DNA of 57,984 nucleotides, the filler included, from Ionaspis alba (lineage: Eukaryota), in NCBI GenBank assembly GCA_964255285.1. It is 6 parts of 6 records of this genome, joined end to end, with 100 filler letters (N's around TTAATTAATTAA, not from the genome) between each part and the next. Parts side by side here need not be neighbours in the genome. Positions count along the whole stretch, not along the records: positions 48,439 to 57,984 come from CAXUUL010000666.1; 5 more parts are not named here. One strand, given 5' to 3'. Each line of letters opens with the position of its first letter. Position 1 is the stretch's first letter. The notes under the pieces are model-generated. The model ran no database searches. It saw nothing but the letters and a program-made list of their open reading frames with translations, and was not told where the DNA came from. Made by a program: the position numbers and the translations under genes. Of the stretch, positions 48,439-57,984 are shown in pieces.

Positions 48439-51400
48439 ATTCAGAGAAGAGATGTCAGTCTTTCTGTCGATAGACACCGAAGACAGCACAATCCAGGTCG
48501 AGCATCGTGCTGAGCTCATGCCCGTGCTTCTTCGGATTCTCTATGGCAAGATCATTGCAGGATCCGGTTCTACAAGTGGCGCTAGAGGCCAAACAACTCG
48601 AAGGAAAGCTGTGTTCGAAGCACTTTCACGTCTTCCGGATAATGACCTGTTAGAATTTCTATTGATTGCACTCGGACCGTTACACAATCTTGTGCTCCGT
48701 GACGATGAAATATTCCCAACTATCCCCTTACACCAAATGAGAATCACGGTCCGAAAACAAGTTGGACTTCTCAACATGATGAAAGACATGATTGAAACCA
48801 TGGGTGTTAAGCTTGTCTTTCTTGTTCAGCCGATGGTCAATGCCATACTATATTGCATCACTCAAACTCCTCAGAGTAATCCTGTCGATGTAGAGAATGG
48901 CAGGCAGGATCCTATCGATGGTCAACAAGAATCGTTACGGAAAACAATTCGACATGTCGGATTACAATGTCTTACTCTATTGTTCAAGATCTGTCCTCCG
49001 GCCGATATGCAGTCATACTTACCTATGCTCTTCTCGAAAGTGCTCAATCCAAGGCTGGACAAATTCCCTGTCGAGACAGCACAGTCAGTCTCAGGGATGT
49101 TGCAGTTGTTTGCTGTTTGGGCATTCCGTCCCGACATGGCTTGCTATCTTTCAGAGTACAATTCTAGCCTACTGGCTATCATAATTGACTGTCTCGAAGT
49201 CCCGTCTGCAAAAGATGAGGTGAGACTGTTCATCCTCGACGACATCTTGAGGCAGCTCATTTCACTTGCTACATCACCGGACACGGATCAAGATATTCAT
49301 GCCCAGAGTATCCAGAGCGTCGTACTCGCTCCAAATACAACGCACATCCTCGAGCGGACTGGAACCTTATTGAGGAAGAGTCCAAGCAAAAATGTGTTAG
49401 AATCGGCTATTCATTTGATATCCATGACAGTTCCTATCGTTGACGGATCTTCCCAGGTTGGAAGTCTCCTGGATATTTCTGCATTCCTCCTGGATCAACC
49501 TTCTCAACGAGTAAGCCCAAAAGCCAAAGGCGATCTGCTGCAAATTGTGCAGCATTTTGTGCCTCTCATTAGTCTGCAGCGGACGGAAGCCTTACATCAG
49601 CGCCTATTTGTCACGATATCGTCTCTCTTTGGATACTTCAAAGACCGTAGCAACCGAGTCAAATTGTCTCAAGTACTTGGTGTCCTGGCTCAGAAAGATG
49701 AAGAACTCAACGAGGTTGCGGAACTGTGTATCGATCTTAATGCCTTCTCTGCAAGTCGTATGGACGAGCCGGATTTCGAGAAGCGTCTTAAGGCTTTCAA
49801 TAAGATTAATGAGACCACTTTCAAGTCGTTAACTCCTAAACAGTGGCGTCCAATCCTTTACAATATGCTTTATTATGTCAAGGACACAGAGGAGCTAGCG
49901 ATAAGATCAAATGCTTCGTTCGCACTACGCCGCTTCGTCGAGAGGAACCACTTCGAAGGCACCAAAGACACCGTGACCTGTTCCGAACTCCTGAAACAGG
50001 TGGTAGTGCCTGCGATACGGGCTGGAGCATCTGAGCGCTCAGAGTTAGTGCGGACTGAATACCTGTCGATTATGGCACAGATTGTACGACATAATTCCGA
50101 ATGGCCCGAGGTTTGCGATATGACTCGGTTGCTTGTCGAGGAAGATGAAGAAGCTTCGTTCTTCGGCAATGTGCTACACATACAACAGCATCGACGTCTC
50201 CGTGCATTACGACGGCTAGCTACCGAAGCTGGCTCTGGAAGGCTAAGAAGTACCAACGTTGCTCATTTCCTGGTACCTTTGCTAGAGCACTTCATATTCG
50301 ACAGGGGCGACGATGAAGGAGCGCACAACCTGGCTTCAGAGGCTGTTACCACAATCGGTGCGCTTGCCGAATGGATGGAATGGCCTCAACTGAGAGCAAT
50401 GTTCCGAAGATTCAGCAGTTATATTCAGAGTAAGCCGGAGCTTGAGAAAGGTATCATCAAGCTCATGGGGGTAATCATCGATGCTATTGGTCGTGCAGCT
50501 GTTTCCAAGGAACAGTTCCAGAACATGGATTCTGAAATTTCAAGCGACATTACGGAGGCAGCCCAAATTGATCCAAAACTAGCACAAAGTACGCTATCGA
50601 TCACTATGCCAGGACCGGAGAAGTTTGCAGAAGACCTAACGAAAAATCTATTACCTTCCTTATTGACGTATCTGCACAACAAGGACGAGTCAACTGTTAG
50701 CCTTCGAGTACCAGTCGCGGTGTCGGTTGTCAAGCTGCTGAAGCTTCTACCCGCGACTCTGCTTGCTGAGAGGCTTCCACCAGTACTTACTGATGTCTGT
50801 CACATCCTGCGAAGTCGTGCTCAGGAATCGAGAGATTTGACTCGCAAAACGCTGGTAGACATCTGTACGCTGGTCGGTCCGTCATATTTTGGATTTGTTT
50901 TAAAGGAGCTGCGTAGCTCTCTTGCTCGCGGCTATCAGCTACACGTGCTGTCATTTACAGTACATGCGATCCTGGTTGCAACTGCTACAATATTCAAGCC
51001 TGGAGATCTAGATTACTGCCTGTCCCAGGTGGTAGCCATAATCATGGATGACATCTTTGGGGTCACTGGACAAGAGAAAGATGCTGAGGAGTACATCAGC
51101 AAAATGAAGGAGGTGAAGAGCAGCAAGAGCTTCGATTCCATGGAACTTATCGCTAAGACTGCTACAATTGGTCATCTATCTCACCTTGTCAGACCATTAC
51201 AAACACTGCTGGAAGAGAAATTAGATCTGAAAATGGTGAAGAAGATCGACGAGCTACTCCGGCGCATCAGTGTCGGTCTACTGCGCAACGAAGCCATTGA
51301 GAGCCGCGAGACCCTCGTGTTCTGCTACGAGATAATTCAGGATGTCTACAAAGCCAATAATGTTAGCAAGGACAAGCTATCAAAAGAAGATTATCGGGTG

Positions 51401-53461
51401 AAGCGGTACCTAGTGGCCAGTAAAGGTAAAGCACGAAGCACACTCACCTACAGTTACAAGCTTTTTCGATTTTCTCTCGATGTGTTGCGAGCCGTCCTTC
51501 ATAAGTATGACTCTCTCCAGACTCCCTCTAACTTGTCTGGCTTCATGCCCGCTATCGGCGATGCACTCCTGCAGGCGCAGGAAGAAGTTCAGATCTCCGC
51601 CCTCCGGTTGCTTGCAACGACCATCAAAGTTCCGTTAAAAGAAATAGACGAAAATGCACCTACATACATTACCGAAGCCGTGAGGATGATCAAGAACACA
51701 GTTCCAACGAATTCTGAGCTTGCTCAAGCAGCGCTCAAGCTGATATCTACAGCTCTTCGAGAACGGAAAGATGTCCGTGTGAAGGAGCAAGATTTGGCTT
51801 ACCTATTGAAGCGCCTAATGCCAGATCTTGAGGAACCGGACCGGCAGGGTAACACTTTCAATTTTCTGAAAGCGGTCCTAACCCGGAAAGTCATCATTCC
51901 AGAAGTGTACGAGGTGATGGACACTATTGCCACAATGATGGTCACCAGCCAGTCTCAAGGCGCTCGTGACTTGGCTCGTGGTCTTTACTTTCAGTTCGTC
52001 CTGAACTACCCTCAAGGCAAAGATAGATTGTCGAAGCAATTGAGCTTTCTCGTCAAGAACCTGGACTACAAGCATGTCGAGGGCCGCCAGTCTGTGATGG
52101 AGGCTGTCCATCTGCTTCTCTCCAAGATCGGTGACAACCTTGTGCAAGAGCTTGCTGGGACTTTTTTCGTGCCATTGATTATGGTTACAATCAATGATGA
52201 TTCCGTTGATTGTAGGAAGATGGCTGGTGCGTTGCTCAAGGAACTCTTTGAGAGAGCAGACGAAGAGAGGACAAACAAAATTCTTGTCCTTCTTCGTACG
52301 TGGCTTGTTCAGGATGAACAGCCACTGCTCGTCAGGACTGCCATGCAAATCTATAGTATGTATTTAGATGTCCCTGGCAAACAAGCAGAAAAAGAAGTCG
52401 CACAACTTCAGACCCGTGTCTCTCAACTGCTCAAATCGAGAGTTGAAGAAACCTCTATCGCGGAGTGGGAGCTGGTCTACTCAACTCTCCAGATGGTTAT
52501 GAAGCTTTGTCAAATATTTCCCTCGAATATGTTCAGAACCACCTCCTTACCAATATGGGAATGTGTGCGGCAATGTCTTTATTTTCCTCACGCATGGGTA
52601 AAGTTCTCCGCATCGAAGCTTCTCGGAATATACTTCGCAGACTTTGCTAAGACCAACGCGGAAAAAGCGAACCCAAGTCTACCGTTGCGAGGCTCCGGCG
52701 GCCTCCAACTTGGTGAAGAGGAAATGATACAGATCACGAAAGCTTCTCTCGCTAGTCTGAGGGTTCCTGGCGTCGGTGAAGAGCTTGCAAACCAATGTGT
52801 CCGCAATTTGCTGTTCTTAGGTCGATTCATGGGTACGAACAGAGTCATATGGGGAAAAGGACGGCAACATTTGATCGTCGGACAAGATGATGATGACCAG
52901 GAGAACGAGAGCGTAGAGGAAGATGATTCGAATATGATTCTGGTGTCTCGACAAAACAAGTCTGCTCTTGAGCACATTTTCGAGCGGCTATCAGCTATTC
53001 TCCGACGCGAGCCACTGACGACAAGAGCCCCATCCTTGATTCCCAAGATAGCAGCACTACAACTGATTGCAGCGCTTTGCAACCATTTATCTGTCGAAGT
53101 GCTTTCCGAGTCCATGGAAACTATCTTGCTTCCCCTACACAATCTAACAGACCCGTCAATTGCTGCGCCGTACTCGCCTGATGAGGCATATCGTACAGCG
53201 TACAAGGCACTCGTTTCGACTAGCCAGGAGATCATGGCACTGCTGCAGAAGAAGCTTGGTACTACGGAGTACGTTACACAGCTCAGCAAAGTCAGAGGAG
53301 GTGTCAAGGAAAGGAGGGAAGGACGAAGAGTCAAACGGAGGCTGGAAGCTGTTGCCGAGCCGGAGAAGATGGAAAGAGAGAAGAAGCGGAAGGGTGAGAA
53401 GAAGAGGGAGAAGAGGAAGGAGAGAAGTGGTGACTACAGGGGCCGGCGACTGGGCTATTGA
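48439..53461 (+). CDS. UTP20: SSU processome HEAT-repeat protein Utp20, 5'-truncated
   Basis: >1669-aa helical-repeat ORF with DEEASFFGNVLHIQQHRRLRAL, LRSRAQESRD, RGYQLHVLSFT and KMKEVKSSKSFDS; basic C-terminus. Confidence 0.93.
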
Positions 53462-53870
53462 CCTCGCTCACCTCGTCATTTCTTACGTTGCTATGTCCTC
53501 CGCTCAGAGGATAGATAACATGAAACAGCACGTTTCATAAGAGATGATTTATGTATGCTATGATGTCTAATGTCGAATACTACGTATTGTATAGTACTCT
53601 GCACAGACTTGACCTTGACAGCACTCATCAATGCAACTTCATTGGTGAGAATAAACGTGGGAAAGTACGCGAGAGTGGTATACCCGTGCCCTGAAGATGA
53701 CGCCGCCCTAAATGCTTAGAATCATGTCCGCTCGTTCCATGACATAATCCAAATTCCTTGGTTGACTCTCAATCAACGTCCTCGGCCACCTTTAAACGTG
53801 CTCCACGATCCTGGGACAATAAAATCCAGAGAGCGTTCATGGTAGTTTCGACCGAAGCCACGAAACCACT

Positions 53871-54434
53871 CTAGTATCTTCGAGTCTCCGTGGGGTCATA
53901 CTCCTGCTTCACCCTGTCTGTCTGCGATCCATCGTCCCAAAACTCCACGTCGCCCTCTTCGCCCAGTGTGCCCATCTTAACCAGCTCGCCCTTATCCCGC
54001 ATCAGGTCCTCGATCGTAACAGTTTTGTCAGAGAAAATCTTTAGATGGTCGCTGATGACATGTCTGTTCTTGCACGAGGGACAAGTTACTAGTATCGAGC
54101 CTTTGTGGTAGCCCTGTTTGGAAATGCGGTGTGCTGAGCGGTGCAAGCACGGTTTGCAGGTGATGGTGACTTCGTAGGCAGGAACCTCCTCCCGCGGGCT
54201 AGGATCTATGGCTTGTGAAGGAGGTCTCGAAGGGTCGATCGGGGTTGAAGAGGTGCCGTTGTGACGCACCGAAAGCTGAGGAATGATACGGGCAGGAGGA
54301 GGCCGTGGAAGGAGAGGGCGGACACGACACAATGCGGGAGCATGTTGGGACAAAAAACGGCTGACTTTGTATGGTCGTATCATGTTGTAGAACTGTGGGC
54401 GCAATCGAAGCAGTGTATTGAGTGCGGGCTCCAT
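53871..54434 (-). CDS. ZIM17: Mitochondrial DNL zinc-finger Hsp70 escort protein Zim17/Tim15
   Basis: Arg-rich presequence; TCKPC..RSAHRISKQGYHKGSILVTCPSCKNRHVISDHLKIF. Confidence 0.93.
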   Translation of the reverse strand: MEPALNTLLRLRPQFYNMIRPYKVSRFLSQHAPALCRVRPLLPRPPPARIIPQLSVRHNGTSSTPIDPSRPPSQAIDPSPREEVPAYEVTITCKPCLHRSAHRISKQGYHKGSILVTCPSCKNRHVISDHLKIFSDKTVTIEDLMRDKGELVKMGTLGEEGDVEFWDDGSQTDRVKQEYDPTETRRY

Positions 54435-54842
54435 GACTGTTATCTGGAGAACTCAGAAACCTGAAGTTAGGGTGTAAACATCCTATCGGACCTGAAGAAA
54501 AAGTGACGTCTCGCTTGGCAATCGACGCTAGATGGTCGCCGCCTCGACGCCTAAAATAATCCTTGCACAACGTGGAGACGTGAATTTACTCCACCAACCA
54601 CAGTCTCGCTTCGTCGACGTTGATATTGAACTGCCCACTGGCTCCATGAACGACATAGTGACTCCGATTAAGTGTCTGTGAAGTCATGGATTGCTTCACT
54701 GCCCTCACTTCGTACTTAAAGACAAACGAATATGCACCGTTGCCCAGCTCCATCAGTTAGGCCCTCCTAGATGAGTATCGACTGTACTAACTTTCGCTGC
54801 TGCGTTATTCGGCGACGATTTTGAACTGGACATACTGCAAGA

Positions 54843-57641
54843 ATGTTGGCTGGTAGAGGCAGAGGAAAGATCAGGCCTCCAAGACGAGTGAGTATTATGG
54901 ACCTATTTCCCCTACCAGCCTCAGGTTGAACGAACGTTGTTATACCATCTCCTGCTTGACCCATCTCCTTTGCTCTGGCCGAGTGTGGACTCTCTGGACA
55001 GAGATATTGGCGAATGTTTGCTTCCAAACATGTGCCTCACTTCGGATCTCAAAATTGGCTAATAAGAGCTTCTCTGTCGTAGGGTCTCACCAGCAATGAT
55101 GATGTTGACTTTGACTCAACCTGGGAAACTCTGGCCTCCTCACTTCGCGAAATACAGACAAAGAACGCGTCAAATCTTTCGTTCGAACAGCTTTACCGTA
55201 ATGCATATAAGCTTGTCTTGAAAAAGAAGGGCGAGACGCTCTATAATCGGGTGAAGACATTCGAGGAGGACTGGCTGCTCAACAAGATCCGTCCTCAGAT
55301 CCTAGCGGTACTCTCTCCGAGCCTGTTGTTTGCGAATGCGGGCTCGAGCGTCACGACGAATGCGAATGAGAAAAGAGTTGCGGGTGAGAGACTCATGAGG
55401 GCGCTAAAACAAGCATGGGAGGATCACAACCTCAGCATGAACATGACGACGGATGTTCTAATGTACATGGTATGTACTCCCGAAGTTTGACTTGAAGCCG
55501 CTCAACTGGTTTTACTGACTGCGCCGTCCTCAATTTAGGACAGAGTCTATTGTGCAGATAACAGGAAGCCGTCGATATTCACAGCGTCCATGGGCCAGTT
55601 TCGCGACTTTGTATTAAGGACACCCATCCCTTCGCATAACGACTCGACTATTGCTTCCATTCTTTTCTCGATTATCCTCGACCAAGTGCAAATGGAGCGA
55701 GATGGCGACATCATAGACAGAGCGTTGATCCGTTCTTGCGTCTACATGTTGGAAGGCTTATATGAGACTGATGAGGAGGAGGAGTCCATGAAACTTTACC
55801 TAACAAGCTTTGAGCCTACTTTCCTGAGAGCCAGTCAGGAGTATTACACTGCTCAAGGGCAAGAAATGCTTAGACAAGGCGATGCAGCGGCCTTCTGCAG
55901 ACATGCTAAGAAAAGGATCAGCGAAGAATCGGATCGGTGCCGGTCGACTTTGTCTCCTCTTACCTTACCGAAGATAGCAGCTGTGATACATACACACATG
56001 ATCAAGGAGTGTATGAAGGAGGTCATATATCTTCCAGGTAGCGGAGTCGCATCCATGCTGGATAACAACCGAATTGGAGACCTTGAAATGGTCTATGATT
56101 TAGTTACGAAGGTAGACCCTAAGAAAGATGTGCTAAGGGAAGCGGTGCAAAAACGCATCGTTGAACAGGGTTCAGAGATCAATAATGCTGCCCTAGCCAG
56201 TTCTCAGGCTCAAGCTGCCAAGCCTTCTGCCACAGCTGATGAGAAACCTGAAAGCGAGAGCAAGACATCTTCGGACAAGCCGGCTAACCAGCTTACCATA
56301 GCTTCTAGCAAATGGGTTGATGACGTGCTTCAGCTCAAAGAAAAGTACGACAAGGTCTTGGATGAAGCATTCGAAAAAGACCAGGCTCTCCATACCGCTT
56401 GCACCCGGAGCTTTACGGAATTCATCAACGCTTTCGACCGTGGTCCCGAGCACCTCTCGTTGTTCTTCGACGAGAATATGAAGAAGGGCATCAAGGGCAA
56501 GACAGAGAATGAAGTCGATTCATTGTTGGATAGGGGAATCACACTACTTCGATATATTCAGGACAAGGACATGTTTGAGCGCTACTACAAGAAACACCTT
56601 TCGAAACGATTGCTTATGAAACGATCTGTGAGTATGGACGCTGAGCGCCAGATGATCTCAAAGATGAAGCTGGAAGTCGGCAACACCTTTACGCAAAAGA
56701 TCGAGTCGATGTTCAAGGATATGACCGTATCAGAAGATCTGAGTTCAAGCTTCAAGCAGCACGTTGCCAATCTAGGAGACTCGGATCCTAAGAGAGCCGA
56801 GCTTGACATTCATGTCCTGACTACTACGATGTGGCCGCTCGAGTCTATGGGCTCTGCGATGCGTGACGGTGAGACAAGATCTACATGCATCTTCCCACCA
56901 TCAATCGATGGTGTCAAACAAGGATTCGAGAAGTTCTACCTAGGGAAACATAGTGGAAGGCAGTTGACGTGGCTCGCACACATGGGCACCGCGGATGTTC
57001 GTGCATACTTCCCTGAGTCCAAGGGAAAAATTAAGACTCGAGAGCTCAACGTCTCCACCTACGCCATGGTGATTCTGCTCCTGTTCAACGATCTTCCTTC
57101 CGGACGTTTCTTAACTTGCGAAGAAATACTAGCTCAGACCAACATTCCGATACACGAGCTGACCCGAAATCTACAATCGCTGGCTGTGGCGCCTAAGACT
57201 CGGGTACTGATCAAGGAACCCATGAGCAAAGATGTGAAACTTACCGACAAATTCTACTTCAACGAATCATTCTACAGCCAGTTCAATAAGGTCAGGATAG
57301 GTGTCGTCTCTAGTGCGAACAAGGTCGAAGACCTGGATGAAAGGAAAGAGACTGAGAAAAAGAACAACGACACTAGAGGTGGGATAATCGAAGCAGCAAT
57401 CGTCAGAATCATGAAGTATATCTCTCATCCTCACTCAAGGTGATCATTGCTAACGCTTTGTTCCAGGCAACGCAAAGAGCTCAACCACCAAAAGCTCATC
57501 ACCGAAGTCATCCAGCAATTGAACTCGAGGTTCCTACCCGATGTCGCCATGGTCAAGAAGCGGATAGAGAGCCTCATCGAAAGGGAGTATTTGGAGCGGG
57601 TTGACAAGGCTGAAAGACCAGCTTATCGCTACTTGGCTTAG
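54843..57641 (+). CDS. CUL3: Cullin-3, 4 exons
   Basis: MLAGRGRGKIRPPRR, LSFEQLYRNAYKLVL, DVLMYM|DRVY, DKDMFERYYKKHLSKRLL and neddylation motif IEAAIVRIMK|QRK...KRIESLIEREYL. Introns ~54888-55082, 55470-55538 and 57416-57466. Confidence 0.95.
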
Positions 57642-57984
57642 TTGATGAATGCCTGTATGCATGTTATGAAGCAATGTGTTCTTTTCGGGATACCCATGGC
57701 GTTCGAGCATCGTGGAAAGGAGCATCGGTGGTGTGATGATTTTGCTAGCTCGGCGGGCAAGTGAGCCTTTCAGCGAGTTGAATTGAGCCTTGGAGTGTCT
57801 AATTTGTAGATGCTACGTTGTGGCTAGGGAGAATCTGTAAAAGAGAGGTGCCGCAGGTCAAATGCCATGCACATGCCAATCATAAGTCGTCTGATGGTGC
57901 ATCCGGGAACAAACAATTCATTGAGCCGTGACTACAGCCCTCTTGAGTGTCTTTGACGATTCTTAGTATATCCTGCACATGTTC

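Noticed and set aside
52588..53334. 248-aa minus-strand ORF
   Set aside because: Antisense to UTP20 with low-complexity translation.

Overview
Filamentous ascomycete (Pezizomycotina-type) nuclear DNA with many short GT-AG introns. The window is not one locus. It is six ~9.6-kb scaffolds (9613, 9608, 9585, 9585, 9547 and 9546 bp) concatenated in non-increasing size order with N+TTAATTAATTAA linkers, plus three plain 100-N gaps. Conserved genes recognised: FAH-family hydrolase, eIF4A, F-box/JmjC protein, Ctr copper transporter, GMF/Aim7 (partial), NADP-dependent SDR, Sof1, Rpn6, GH17 glucanase, cytochrome P450, App1-like phosphatase, Con-6 (partial), Utp20 (partial), Zim17 and Cullin-3. Also present: two repeat-rich secreted proteins, a C2H2 protein, two tandem F-box-like paralogues, a HET pseudogene, an ~87-bp degenerate E-box-containing array and two tRNA genes. 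The standout is a tRNA-Gln(UUG) gene (minus strand, 16940-17093). It forms a complete cloverleaf only after removing both a canonical 28-nt anticodon-loop intron and a 54-nt GTGAGC...GCTAAA...CTAG spliceosomal-type intron between tRNA positions 13 and 14, inside the Pol III A box. Gene models and exon boundaries were read by eye; no database searches were run.
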